Source: Myxococcota bacterium | GTDB taxonomy: Bacteria; Myxococcota_A; UBA796; UBA2385 | NCBI GenBank assembly: GCA_044344255.1 | Contig: JBIJDH010000034.1 | Coordinates: 1 to 57,933, forward strand | Direction: 5' to 3' | Length of the DNA: 57,933 nt | Shown: one piece after another, positions 36,701-47,200 of the stretch | How the letters are laid out: the number at the start of each line of letters is the position of its first letter | Position numbering within the stretch: position 1 is the first letter of the stretch | Made by a program: the position numbers and the translations under genes | Notes under the pieces: model-generated | The model's database searches: none | The model's input: only the letters and a program-made list of their open reading frames with translations | What the model was told of the DNA's origin: nothing

Positions 36701-38057
36701 CGTGAAGACCTCCGACCTCCACAACGATCTGAAGAAGGCCCGAGAGCACTGGGCCTCCGAGGCCGCGTCCCTCCAGCTGGCCGAGCAGGCCGTCGCCGCT
36801 GCGCTCGACGCCCAGGGCGGGCTCTGCCCGCTGCCGGAGCTGGCCGCCGCTCTGGTCGCCCGCCTCGCCCCCACCAGCCCCAACCGGGCGGAGGCCGAAG
36901 CCGAGGCCACCGCCCTGGTCCGCCTCGTCGCGGTCGCGCGGCCGGAGGCGCCCCCCGTCCACCTCCGCCGTCTCGGCCCAGGGGGTACGGTGGGCTGGGC
37001 GGCGACCACGGCGGCCGCCCTCGACGCCCTCTCCCGCCTCGCCGCCGACGCCGACGCCCTGGTCAACCACGAGGAGGTGGTGGACCCTTCCGCCGCCCGC
37101 TCCGCCCTGGCCGCGGCGCTCCCGCCCTTCGCCGCCACCCCCTTCGAGCTCTTGCTGCCTCGCCTCGGCCTCGCCATCTCCCGGGCCGCCCTCTCCACCC
37201 GCAACGAGCTGTACCGCCGCGGCCTCTCTGCGGAGCGGGCGCTGCGCCTCATCGCCCCCGCGCTGCACGGTGACCAGAGCCCCGAGGACCTCCAGCGCCG
37301 CCTGCGGGCCCGCTTCCCCGAGGCAGAGGCCCTGCCCGCGCGCCCCGCCCTCGACCGCCTCGCCGAGGCCGCCGGCCTCCTGTGGGTGAGCGACGCCGCC
37401 CGCTACCGTCGCCCCGGCGCGGCCCAGCCCACCTCGCTCCAGAGCCTCCTCACCACCGGCAGCACCGGCGCGGCCGGCCCCTGGACCGACCCCGAGCACC
37501 GGGCCGACAGCTTCGCCCTCCGCCTGCGGGGGGCCTGGGAGACCGGCGGCTTCCGGGCGCTCCGGGTGTCGGCCCGCCTCGCCCCTCGCGCCGCGGCCCT
37601 GTTGCTCGACCGCTTCCCCGCCCTCCGACACCAGAGCCTCGACAAGGTGCTGCTCGAAGCGCTGCGGGCGGAGATCGCCGAGGCCGAGGCCGACGCTCGG
37701 GCCCTCCTCGCCCTCGAGCGACAGGGGCCGTCGGGGGCGCACTGGGGCGACCTGCACGCCGCCTTCTTCGTGCCCGCCTTCGCCCGCGTGACGGCCGGCT
37801 GGGCCGCCGCCCCCGCCACCCCGCTCCTGCTCACCGACCCCGGGCTCCTCGCCCGTTGGGGTCTGCAGGAGCCCCTGCGCACCTTCATCGACAGCGTGAA
37901 CGAGCGCGGCTCCATCCGCTGGCTCTTGCTGCCCACCTACGACGACCACCAGCCCGCCCACGTCGCTCACCCGACGCTCGGCCCGCTGCCGATCCCCACC
38001 CAATCTCCCGCCCACCAGCTCCGCGTCTCCGGCGCCTGGCTGAACCTGGGATCCTGA
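33795..38057 (+). CDS. pglW: BREX type 2 serine/threonine kinase PglW
   Basis: NERD-like N-terminus, pseudokinase, second kinase (LGEGSTARV, HRDIKPDN), RpoA-CTD-like LGLSARAANAL...GVGGGT, ELYRRGLSAERAL. Operon context. Confidence 0.92.
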   Translation: MDKATIIGSAGPDEVLDTIARDIARSLGGDPDAAVFVQHELLEPSTGRRYPLPLMVSSRSGITLVHLVRGEGALSPTEAAWTWRRGSARTTEPAPFAEANELARRLRERLHAGGQPGLAVEARVLLCHPLHLDAGATLQHPMLCRRESNADGLLPALLSVLEAAPTAVDRPTPTALQAALHAAHIMPARHATLIGGYRLGGLLNEGEHWQEYAATADADPAVTARVRLFTVRGASDPERKQSLRRAAEREAELLRHVGACPSILRLHGTHALGQDGPPALVFEPFTGGVDLRTFLDANPHLPFDPRLDLVLALAQAVERCHRHDITLRNLSTRSVLVRKSATGGVELRLHHFEGAVARFAEASTLGTRHLDWYTAPVDRAFAAPERLDGNADTVATDLYSLGAVAYFIFSGALPSEGSGGLPGLRQRVLEGEGLRLRDRRDDIDARLDELVARATHPEAAARPDSAQAWSAALLRDLRPHAADPQHFVPALTATPGDWLDADLQVESVLGEGSTARVLAVRWQGELCALKVPLDADVARMVSAEKVVLEALHADGSLPHLVRPLGAPRLEGRPALLLSWAGPRTLGAELRRSGALSLDFCQTLGDQLYATLGELHARGVQHRDIKPDNMAFSSIGHSARELCLFDLSLSALDGTQVRAGTAEWRDPHLAARGAWDSAADLYAAALVLYYALVGERPTQETRTGRHRLVAELYDPALRGALETFFKRATDPDPARRHRDAAEARRAWLGLFADDRTSLAPKADLSALALSHPESPLGSLGLSARAANALSRAGCATARDVVLLERNLLGLLPGVGGGTRAEIGEVIGLLRERFASRPDLDPTAFLPGLDLPAVDLAAADPALPDALALGLRAGGLSSLSQIGTAQAARVSRIAEAAGSSAEALRSLLLSQKGVTPGLLGELSRTLLSPRPRGAQWRARLALLFGQKAPPEGLGAIPRGLLRTRELAPALGVKTSDLHNDLKKAREHWASEAASLQLAEQAVAAALDAQGGLCPLPELAAALVARLAPTSPNRAEAEAEATALVRLVAVARPEAPPVHLRRLGPGGTVGWAATTAAALDALSRLAADADALVNHEEVVDPSAARSALAAALPPFAATPFELLLPRLGLAISRAALSTRNELYRRGLSAERALRLIAPALHGDQSPEDLQRRLRARFPEAEALPARPALDRLAEAAGLLWVSDAARYRRPGAAQPTSLQSLLTTGSTGAAGPWTDPEHRADSFALRLRGAWETGGFRALRVSARLAPRAAALLLDRFPALRHQSLDKVLLEALRAEIAEAEADARALLALERQGPSGAHWGDLHAAFFVPAFARVTAGWAAAPATPLLLTDPGLLARWGLQEPLRTFIDSVNERGSIRWLLLPTYDDHQPAHVAHPTLGPLPIPTQSPAHQLRVSGAWLNLGS

Positions 38058-38058
38058 C

Positions 38059-41000
38059 ATGGCCGCCGCCGCCGACCTGCTCCCCCACCTCCGGCCCCTC
38101 GTGGCCACCCTGTCGGTCGACCTGACCCGCCGCGCCGCCGACCCCGGTGTGGAGCCGGCGCTGCGGGAGGAGCACGCAACCGAGCTCGAGGCCCGCCGCA
38201 CGGCCGACCCCTTCTCCGTCTGGGTCGGCTTGCGGGCCCAGCAGATCGCCGCGGCCTGGGTGCTCTCGGCTCTCTTCGTGCGGGCCCTCGAAGACCGCGG
38301 CCTCATCGCGCCCGAGCTCAAGCGGGCCCCCGACCGCCGCGCCCTCCTCCAGAGCCTGTTTCCCTGGCTCGACGACCGCGATCTCCTCCGCCTCACCTTC
38401 GAGGGGCTGCGCGCCAACCCCGCCCTGCACGCCGTCTTCGACGCGGCCCACAACCCCATCTGGACCCTCTCCCCCTCCGCCGAGGGGGCCCGCGCCCTCG
38501 TGGACGCCATGAGCGACCCCCACGGCATCGGCGGCCTCGACCTCTCCGGGGAAACCCGCTGGCTCGGCGATGTCTACGAGCGCCTCGACGACGGCGTGCG
38601 CGAGCGCTTCGCCCTCCTCCAGACGCCCGACTTCATCGAGGACTTCCTCCTCGACCAGGCCCTATCCCCCGCCATCGCCGAGGCGACCGCCCTGCGCATG
38701 GTGAGCGTGCTCGACCCCACCTGCGGCTCCGGCCACCTCCTCGTGGGCGCCTTCCGCCGCATGTTCCGCGCACATCAGGAAGCCGACCCCCGCGGCCGCG
38801 CCGAGACCCACGCCCGGCTGGCGCTGGCCTCCGTCCACGGCATCGACATCAACCCCTACGCCGCGGCCATCGCCCGCTTCCGCCTCCTGCTCGCCTGGGT
38901 GGACGCGGTCGGCCTCCGGAGCCTGTCCGACCTCGCCGCCCTCGACCCCCAGGTGGGCGCCGGCGACAGCCTGCTCGAGGCCGCCGGGGGCGAAGCGGGC
39001 GGCGGGCTCTTCGCCGGGCTCTCCGACGATGCCCGCGGTAGCGTGGTGGTGAACCCCGCCTGGATGCCCCAGTCGCCTGCCGTGCGGCGCATCCTCGCTC
39101 AGGGAAGACGCTTTACCGTGGTGGTGGGGAACCCGCCCTACATCACGGTGAAGGACCCGGTCCTGAACGCGGTGTACCGGGAGAAGTACCCCCGCTCGGC
39201 CACGGGGCTCTACCAGCTCGTCACCCCCTTCGTGGAGCGCTTCTTCCAATTCGCCGAAGGGGGCGGCCACGTCGCGATGATCGTCGGCAACGGCTTCATG
39301 AAGCGCAACTTCGGGGCCTCCCTCATCGAGAACGTGCTGCCGGGGCTCGACCTCCAGATGGTGGTGGACACCTCCGGTGCTTACATCCCCGGGCATGGCA
39401 CGCCCACGGTCATCCTCCTCGGGTGCAGCCAGCCGCCCTGCGGGCCCGCCGTGCGCGCGGTGATGGGCAAGCGGGGGGAGCCCACCACCCCCGATGACCC
39501 GCGCCAGGGCAAGGTCTGGAGCGCCATCCGCGACCACCACCGCGATGTCGGCTACGACGACGACTACATCAGCGTCGTGAACATGGAGCGGGCGACGCTG
39601 AGCAAGCACCCCTGGTCGCTCAAGGGCGGCGGCGCGGCAGCCTTGCAGGACCTCATCGAGTCCATTGCATCCCATACTCTAGCATCCACCGGCGCGGAAA
39701 TTGGCCGCACCACCCACACTGGCCTTGATCCGGCGCTCATTGTGAACCGAGGGTATGCCTGCCGGGTCGCTCCCGACAGAAGCGTCGCATTGATTCGAGG
39801 TGAGGACGTTCGGGATTGGAGCCTGTCCGATGCCGAATTCTGCCTGTTTCCATACTCCAGTATTGACGCATCGCCTATCCAGCCGACTCGAATCTCCGAG
39901 CAGATCCACTACTGGACGCTCCGAACCGTCCTGCGGTCTCGAGTTGACTTCGGCAGAACGCTGGAAGAGCGCGGAATGCAGTGGTGGGAACACTCAATGT
40001 TCTTTCCGCAGCGGTTCCTGGCCCGACGTGCCATCGCCTTCGCCTTCGTCGCCACCCACAACCACTTCATCATAGACCGCGGCGGCAAGGTCTTCAAGCA
40101 GTCGGCGCCCATCATCAAGCTGCCCACCGAGGCCACCGAGGACGAGCACCTCGCCCTCCTCGGCTACCTCAACAGCTCCCTCGCCTGCTTCTGGATGAAG
40201 CAGGTGAGTCACGAAAAGTCGTCGGCCAGTCAGCGCCATCACCCCGACCCCGAACGGTATGCGTACGAGTTTGCGGGCACTTCTCTTGAGCAGATACCCA
40301 TTCCCGACAAACTCATAGGCCTGGCCGCGATTTCCCACAGAATCGACGCATATGCTCGGTTAAGAGCCGCAGCGAGCAACATGCAAGGATCCCTGGGTGA
40401 ATCTCGGACCGAAGATTCGGTGCGAAACACGCTCTGTGAACGATGGAAAGTAAACGACCGCATTCGCGAACAGATGATCACACTTCAGGAGGAGCTGGAC
40501 TGGCAGGTCTATTTCCTGTTTGGCATCTGCTCCGCTGATCTCCTCGGACCGGTTGAAAGCTGGTTGGCGACAGAGGTGCCCAGCACCCCAAGAGGCCAAC
40601 GGCCTTTCGAGATATTCGGCGGTCGAAAGAGCTATGTTCGCCGAGATCACGAACTCGTTGCGGTGGACGAGGCTGAGGTGAGGTCCGTGACGGTCCTCGA
40701 CGAAGAGCTGCTGAGGCTCTACCGTGATCGGGCGGCCGCACTCAAGTTCGCTCCCCTCGCGCTGCTTGAATCTCCCCTCTACAAACGACAGTGGCGGGAC
40801 ACCGACCAGAACACCATCGAGTCAAAGTACAGAGAAGAGGAGGACATCGCCGCCCTTACCCAATTCCTCCTCGACCGCGCCGAGGCCAACCTCCGCGACG
40901 AGGCCGAGCTCTGCTCGCTTCGCTCCCTCGCCCGACGCCTCAGCGATGACCCAGCGGTGATGGCCGCCGCCGCCGTGCTGTCCGGGGAGCGGGCCCCGGA

Positions 41001-42051
41001 CCTCGCCCTCGTGCTCGGCCCTCTCGTCGAGGCGAAGAGCGTCCCCGCGCTCGCCGCGCTCCGCTACAGCGACGCCGGCCTCTTGAAGCGCCGGGAGTGG
41101 GAGAAGACCTGGGAGGCCCAGCGGGCCGAAGACGCCTGGGCCGCCGCCGACCCCGCCACCCGCGGCCCTGCGCCGCCCGCGCCGCCGCTGCCGCCGAAGT
41201 ACGGGAGCGGCGACTTCAAGAAGCCCAGCATCTGGACCCAGCGCGGCAAGCTCGACGTGCCGAAGGAGCGCTTCTGGTCGCTGCCCGCGGTGGACGCGGG
41301 CGGGCTGCGGGTCGGCTGGGCTGGCTGGGACGCGCCCACCCGCATGGCCGCCCTGGCCGCCGCCGCCGAGGCCCACCCCGAGCCCGAGGTCCAGACCCCC
41401 ACTGTCGCTACGATGCTCGAGCTCCTACCCGAGCTCCTCCAGTGGTGGGGCGAGGACCGGCGCTACGGCGAGCCCCTCCGCGAGGTCTGGCCCCCGGCCA
41501 TCGAGTCCTTGCGCCTCGGCCTCGGCCTCTCCGAGGCGGCGCTGCGCGACTGGTGCCCTGCCGGCCGCGGCCGCCCGGCTCGCGCTCCGGCGCCGGCCAC
41601 CGACTCGGAGGGCGCCCCGCCCCGCCGTGGTCGCCCCCGCAAGGCGGCCGCTCCGCCCGTCGAAGCGGCGGGTCCGACGCCCGCCGAAGTGCCGCAGCCG
41701 AGCCCGCCGCCCTCCACCCTCCGGCCGAGCTTCCACCCCGAGGCCCCCGCCCAGGCCACCCTCTTCGGGCTCGCGCCGCCTCCCACCCCTGCCGCCGCAT
41801 TCGCCCCTGCGGCCCCCGAGCCACCCCGCCGCGGCCGCCCACCCCACCGCCTGGAGCCCGGGGCCCTCGAGGCTCTGGTCCGCCCCCTCTGGCCTTTCTG
41901 GACGGAGGGCGTGGGACGTCAGTCGCTCGTACAGCTCAGCGGCGCCCCGCTGGCCGCCGTTCAGGAGGCCGCCGACGCGCTCGTCGCGGCGGGGCGGTGG
42001 GCCCTCATCAAACGAAGGCCGATCTTGTGGCGGCCGGCGGGCGGAGAGTAG
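38059..42051 (+). CDS. pglX: BREX type 2 adenine-specific DNA methyltransferase PglX
   Basis: [63 protein letters not shown]. Confidence 0.96.
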   Translation: MAAAADLLPHLRPLVATLSVDLTRRAADPGVEPALREEHATELEARRTADPFSVWVGLRAQQIAAAWVLSALFVRALEDRGLIAPELKRAPDRRALLQSLFPWLDDRDLLRLTFEGLRANPALHAVFDAAHNPIWTLSPSAEGARALVDAMSDPHGIGGLDLSGETRWLGDVYERLDDGVRERFALLQTPDFIEDFLLDQALSPAIAEATALRMVSVLDPTCGSGHLLVGAFRRMFRAHQEADPRGRAETHARLALASVHGIDINPYAAAIARFRLLLAWVDAVGLRSLSDLAALDPQVGAGDSLLEAAGGEAGGGLFAGLSDDARGSVVVNPAWMPQSPAVRRILAQGRRFTVVVGNPPYITVKDPVLNAVYREKYPRSATGLYQLVTPFVERFFQFAEGGGHVAMIVGNGFMKRNFGASLIENVLPGLDLQMVVDTSGAYIPGHGTPTVILLGCSQPPCGPAVRAVMGKRGEPTTPDDPRQGKVWSAIRDHHRDVGYDDDYISVVNMERATLSKHPWSLKGGGAAALQDLIESIASHTLASTGAEIGRTTHTGLDPALIVNRGYACRVAPDRSVALIRGEDVRDWSLSDAEFCLFPYSSIDASPIQPTRISEQIHYWTLRTVLRSRVDFGRTLEERGMQWWEHSMFFPQRFLARRAIAFAFVATHNHFIIDRGGKVFKQSAPIIKLPTEATEDEHLALLGYLNSSLACFWMKQVSHEKSSASQRHHPDPERYAYEFAGTSLEQIPIPDKLIGLAAISHRIDAYARLRAAASNMQGSLGESRTEDSVRNTLCERWKVNDRIREQMITLQEELDWQVYFLFGICSADLLGPVESWLATEVPSTPRGQRPFEIFGGRKSYVRRDHELVAVDEAEVRSVTVLDEELLRLYRDRAAALKFAPLALLESPLYKRQWRDTDQNTIESKYREEEDIAALTQFLLDRAEANLRDEAELCSLRSLARRLSDDPAVMAAAAVLSGERAPDLALVLGPLVEAKSVPALAALRYSDAGLLKRREWEKTWEAQRAEDAWAAADPATRGPAPPAPPLPPKYGSGDFKKPSIWTQRGKLDVPKERFWSLPAVDAGGLRVGWAGWDAPTRMAALAAAAEAHPEPEVQTPTVATMLELLPELLQWWGEDRRYGEPLREVWPPAIESLRLGLGLSEAALRDWCPAGRGRPARAPAPATDSEGAPPRRGRPRKAAAPPVEAAGPTPAEVPQPSPPPSTLRPSFHPEAPAQATLFGLAPPPTPAAAFAPAAPEPPRRGRPPHRLEPGALEALVRPLWPFWTEGVGRQSLVQLSGAPLAAVQEAADALVAAGRWALIKRRPILWRPAGGE

Positions 42052-42057
42052 ACCCGC

Positions 42058-42714
42058 TCAACGAATCTCGGCGTTGAGCGCCTCGACGAGGTCTACGACG
42101 AGGGTGCAGGGCGCCGCGAGAGCCGGGGTGGCATCGAGAAGGGCGGCGTGGAGCTGTTTGAGCTTTTGGGCATGTCGGATGCCCACGGGCTGCCGGCTGC
42201 TCAGGAGGCTGTACATGTCCGGATCATTCTTCTGGTACCGGGCGCGCAGCCCGGCGCGCGACAGCACCTCGCTGAGCTTGGCCGCCACGACATCTCGGTG
42301 GAGAGCGCTCTCGCTGTACTGGAAATGCAGCAAGTACCAGAGCTCGAAGGACTGGTTCGACCATGCGGCTCTCCAAACCTCAGGCCGTGTCGAATTCATG
42401 GCTCCGATCGAGGCGGCTGCCTCATTGAACTGCTGAGCCGAGAAGTCGTCTTTGTCGTACACCACCCAGACCTGGTCAAAATAGCTGCCCCCCTTCGCCC
42501 CCACTTTTGCCAGCTTCTCGGCCTGAGCGACCAGGGAGGTCGTGTTGTACCCCTTGCCATGAACCGAGACATGAACCTCGGAAGGGACGGGGAAGGCGCG
42601 GAAGTAGTTGGTCTCCGTCACCTCCCCTTCGCAGACGATGAGAAACCGCTTTCGGAGCGGGCGACTCGCCACGGGTCGTCTGCCCGTCCTCCCGGCACGG
42701 CTATTGCCGCTCAT
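42058..42714 (-). CDS. rloB: RloB-family (AbiLii-like, TOPRIM) protein
   Basis: FLIVCEGEVTETNYF, VWVVYDKD, WSNQSFELWYLLHF, PCTLVVDLV. Confidence 0.92.
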   Translation of the reverse strand: MSGNSRAGRTGRRPVASRPLRKRFLIVCEGEVTETNYFRAFPVPSEVHVSVHGKGYNTTSLVAQAEKLAKVGAKGGSYFDQVWVVYDKDDFSAQQFNEAAASIGAMNSTRPEVWRAAWSNQSFELWYLLHFQYSESALHRDVVAAKLSEVLSRAGLRARYQKNDPDMYSLLSSRQPVGIRHAQKLKQLHAALLDATPALAAPCTLVVDLVEALNAEIR

Positions 42715-44027
42715 TCGCCTTCACCACCGCCCAGGGCTCTGGCGAGGACGGCTCGGGCGTTGCCGAAGAAAGGCACGGCACCGTAGCGGCCGTCGAGGTA
42801 GTCGTCCTCGTAGCGCGCGTCATTGCGCACCCTCTTGCCGTCCGGAAGACGGATCTCAGCGAGCGAGTAGAGTTCGGTGCCCCCGGTTGTCCGAGACTTC
42901 TCTGTGAACCAGAGCTGGTCCCGCCGAAGCAGCGTGCGCGTCAGCAGGTTGGTGTCATGGCTCACGAAGATTAGCTGCGCGTTGTGGCGGTTGACTTTGG
43001 GATCCTGGAACAGCTCCACGACGCCCTTCGCCAGGAGGGTGTGAAGGCGAGCATCGAGCTCATCGATGACCACGGTCTGCCCGGTGGCGAGGGCCTCCAT
43101 CAGGGGCCCGGCCATCGCGATGGCTCGGGCCGTCCCAGCCGACTCGTCCCCGAGCTCGAAGGTCTGCCCCTGACGAAGGGTCACGATTCGAGCGCGCTTA
43201 CGTGCCCATGTTCGCCTCCTGGGGTTGACATCACCCCCTATAACTGCGCCCTCTCCCTCAATCAGCACCTCATTCTCCATCATGACGGTTTCCACAGCAT
43301 CAATTCCGAAATCCATGCTCTTGATGAAGTCCTGAATCGCCGACCTGTCCGGACCCTCGATCAGACGCGAAGTCGTTCGGTTGAGCCAGAGGTTATCGCT
43401 AAGGCCATTGTTGATGAGCAGACTGCTAAACCATCTAACGACGGACCGAGCCTGCTCATGGTTGAACTGGCTGGCAACGGACACATGAAGCGCCTCCTTT
43501 CGAGTGTGAGCCTCAACCTCCGGCACCCGCTGCCAGCCCTCACCAGCCTCGTAGTGGTCCACGTCCCCAAGGGGATTCGCCCGGCGCTCGAACCAGCGAA
43601 CTTCCTCCTCTTCTCCCGCTGGCCGCACAAACAACCACTCACGTGAGATTCGCTCGCGGGTCCAGGCGACGCCGTAGCGCACTTGCAGTCCGGCCACGCC
43701 GTACACCACCTCCACTTCGCTTGGGCTCTGGGCCAGAGCTTCGTCAAAGCGGTGCGGCTGGGCAGGCAGCTCGTCGCCATCCTGGCCGCGCGCGGAAGTC
43801 AGCACCAACCAGCGGAGGGCGAACATGGCCTTCAGGAGGTTGGACTTGCCGCTCGCATTCGCGCCGTAGATGCCGGCCACCCGGAGGAGGCGACCATGCT
43901 GCGTGTCGGCGACATTGCGCTCGTCTACCCCCTTGTCGCGCTCGCTCAGCCGCTCTTCGGCCTCCATGCTCAGGGTGACACGGTCACGGATGGATCGATA
44001 ATTGGTAACCGAGACCTCGATCAACAC
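42711..44027 (-). CDS. RloA/AbiLi-like AAA (ABC-type) ATPase
   Basis: NYRSIRD, IYGANASGKSN, ESAGT, VIDELDARLH, QLIFVSHD, RRDQLWFTEK, YLDGRYGAVP. Coupled to rloB. Confidence 0.92.
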   Translation of the reverse strand: MLIEVSVTNYRSIRDRVTLSMEAEERLSERDKGVDERNVADTQHGRLLRVAGIYGANASGKSNLLKAMFALRWLVLTSARGQDGDELPAQPHRFDEALAQSPSEVEVVYGVAGLQVRYGVAWTRERISREWLFVRPAGEEEEVRWFERRANPLGDVDHYEAGEGWQRVPEVEAHTRKEALHVSVASQFNHEQARSVVRWFSSLLINNGLSDNLWLNRTTSRLIEGPDRSAIQDFIKSMDFGIDAVETVMMENEVLIEGEGAVIGGDVNPRRRTWARKRARIVTLRQGQTFELGDESAGTARAIAMAGPLMEALATGQTVVIDELDARLHTLLAKGVVELFQDPKVNRHNAQLIFVSHDTNLLTRTLLRRDQLWFTEKSRTTGGTELYSLAEIRLPDGKRVRNDARYEDDYLDGRYGAVPFFGNARAVLARALGGGEGE

Positions 44028-44051
44028 GGGCTCTTGCCCTCCTCTGCCGCC

Positions 44052-44080
44052 ACCCTACAACCGCGACCGAGGCGCGTCAA
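44052..44080 (-). promoter_or_regulatory. sigma70-like promoter for the RloA/RloB pair
   Basis: TTGACG-17 bp-TAGGGT, ~25 bp upstream of the GTG start, with an AGAGGA RBS. Confidence 0.5.
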
Positions 44081-44233
44081 CGGGACCGCGTGAGATTCTC
44101 ACACAGCGACGGCACGTTGCCGAGCCCAACCCGAACCGCCCCTTCTGCCTGCCCCGGGCCACACGCAAGCGCCGCCCCCCGATGATACCCGGGGAGGCCG
44201 AAGCCTCGGACACACCACCGGGGACCGACACTG

Positions 44234-47200
44234 ATGAGCACCGATGTCGATGAGGACCGCCGCCTGATGACGCTCTTGCGCCCCCTCCTCGAGCTCCCCG
44301 CCGAGCTCAACCGGGTCTCCTTCGTACAGTCCTTGTCCCGCGCCGTGGCCGATCCCGCGGCCACGATCGCGCAGTACGCCATCACACCCGACCTGCTGCG
44401 CAACTTCGAGGAGGCCCTCTCGGCGGTCAAAGCGGCCCTCGACGGCGGCCGAAGCCAGCCCATCTTCCTGCGCGGGGCCTTCGGCTCCGGCAAGTCGCAC
44501 TTCATGGGCGTGCTCTACCACCTGCTCGCCGGGGCCCCGGAGGCGCTCGGCCACCCGAGCCTGCACCCCCTCACCGAGCGAGCCAGGGCCCTGCATGGCC
44601 GGCGCCTCCTGCAGCTCCACTTCCACATGCTCGACAAGCCGAGCCTCGAAGCCGCCATCTTCGGCGGCTATGTCGAGCATGTACGGGCCCATCACCCAGA
44701 CGCCCCGCTCCCCGCCCTGTTCCGCGACGCCGAGCTCTTCGACAACGCAGACACCCTGCGCCGGAGCATGGGCGACGAGGCCTTCTTCGGGGCGCTGAAT
44801 CAGGGGGCGGGGTCCTCGGCCGCCGCCGCCTTCGGAAAGCGCGCCGCGGTGACGGTCTGGGACCGCGACCGCTACGCCACGGCCCGGGCCTCCGGCGAAG
44901 CCGCAACCCGCGCCGCCCTGTTCAACGCCCTCGTGCGCACCCTCCTGCCCGCCTTCGCCCGGCAGCAGGACCGCTGGGTCGACATCGACAGCGGTCTCGG
45001 CGTCCTCTCCCGCCACGCCCACAGCCTCGGCTACGGCGGCGTGGTGCTGTATCTCGACGAGCTCATCCTCTGGCTGATGACGCTCGCCGCCAGTCGGGAG
45101 TTCGTGCAGCGGGAGATCAACAAGCTCGTCAAGCTCGCCGAGGCCGGCGACGAGCGCCGCCCGGCCCCCATCGTGAGCTTCATCGCCCGCCAGCGCGACC
45201 TGCGCGAGGTGGTGGGCGATCAGGGCACCGGCGCCGAGCGGGCCATCATCGACGAGACGCTCGGCCACCACCGCGCCCGCTTCGCCAGCATCGAGCTCTC
45301 CGAGCGAAACCTGCGGGCCATCGTGCCCGTGAAGGTGGTGCTCCCGAAGAGCGCCTCCGACCGCGCCCAGCTCGACGAGGGCTTCGCCCAGCTCTGGAGG
45401 AAGGCGAAGGACGCCCGCACGGCCCTCGGGGGCGTGGAGGGCACCGAGGCCGATTGCCGGCAGGTCTACCCCTTCTCCCCCGCCCTCATCGAGGTGCTGG
45501 TCGCCCTCTCCGACCGCCTCCAGCGAGACCGTACCGCCATACGCATCCTCGTCGAGCTCCTCGTCGAGCACCTGCCCGACCTCGAGCTCGGGCAGGTCGT
45601 ACCGGTGGGCGACGTCTTCGACCTCGTCGTGAGCGCTGACGACGCCGTGGACGAGACCAGCCGCCGGGCCTTCGCCCTCGCCCGCGACCTCTACCGCCAC
45701 GAGCTCCTGCCCCAGCTCCAGAAGCGAAACGGCACGGGCGACCCCTCCCGCTGCCAGCGGATGCGGGAGGGCCACCCACTGCGCCTCGGATGCTCGGGCT
45801 GCCGCGAGCTCACCTGCCGGAACGAGAACCGCCTGCTGAAGACGGTGCTGCTCGGCGCGCTCGCGCCACGGGTGCCGGTGCTCGAGGGCCTCACCGTCTC
45901 CCGCCTCGTGCACCTCAACCACGGCGCCGTCACGCTGCCCACCGCGATGATGTGCGTGCGCACGACGGCGGGCAAGCTCAGAGATGTCCACCGCGAGGTG
46001 CGGGCCCTCGAGGTGAGCGAGGGCGATGACCCGCGGGTGTCGGTCAGCTTGCACACCGTCGATCTCAAGCCCGTGCTCGCCCGCGCCGCGAGCCGGGACA
46101 GCGTGGAGGCCCGCAAGCGCGCCCTCCGGAAGCTGCTGTTCGACGAGCTTGGCGTCGACACCCGGGCCGACGGGGCGGTGCCGCACAAGCTCGCGCTCCA
46201 CCACATCGAGCGACCGGGCCTCGTGCGCTTCTGCAACGTGCGGGAGGCCTCCGCCGACGAGCTCCGCTGCCCGAGCCAGGTCTTCTGGCAGGTGGTGGTG
46301 GACTACCCCTTCGACGACCCCGGCTACGGGCCGAAGGAGGACGAGGACCGCCTGCGCGCCCTCTTCGACCACGGGGAGGCGGTGTGTTGCGTGGCCTGGC
46401 TCCCCACCTTCTTCGCTCCCGCCACCCAGGAGGAGCTCGGTGAGTACGTGCGCCTGCAGGCCATCCTCACCGAAGGAGACGCCGGGCGCTACCTCGTCGA
46501 CCTGCCGATGGACAAGCACGGCCAGGCCCGCCAGGAGCTCGAGAGCCTCCTCACCCGCCGGACAGCCAGCCTGAAAGAGGCGCTCAACAAGGCCTACGGC
46601 CTGCTGCGGGTGAGCGAAACCGACACCCAGCTCGACCTCAACCGACGCGCCCCCCACCACGCCATCGCGCTCTGGGACCAGCGCGAGCTGCCGCTGGCCA
46701 AGGGAGCCGACCTCGCGGAGGCCCTGGCCGCGCTCGGCGAGGCGGCGTTGCGCTTCCGCTTCCCGGCCCACCCCGAGCTCGGCGCCCCACCCCGGGCCCC
46801 GCGCGTCGGGAAGCTCCGCGCGCTGCTCCAGCCGGTGATGGAGGGGGAGGGCGGCGTCATCGAGCTCGTCCCCGACGACCGCGCCCTCGCCGCCGAGCTC
46901 GCCGTGCCCCTGCGCCTCGTCACCCTCGCCGGCAGCCGTTTGCAGCGGAGCGACAGCCTTTTCGACCGCGTGAGCGCCAACCTCGGGCAGGCGAAGGTCG
47001 AGTCCCCCACCCCCGCCGACCTGCACCGGGCCCTCGATCCCCAGGGGCAGCAGGGGCTCACCGACGAGCTCCTGGCCCTGATTTCCTGGCTCTGGGCGGC
47101 GCGGGTGCGGCGGGTGCCCACCCTCGGCAGCCGCCCGTTCGAGTGGCCCCCGAACGCCCGTCTCCCGGACAATCTCCGCTTCGAGGCCCCCGACCTCCCC

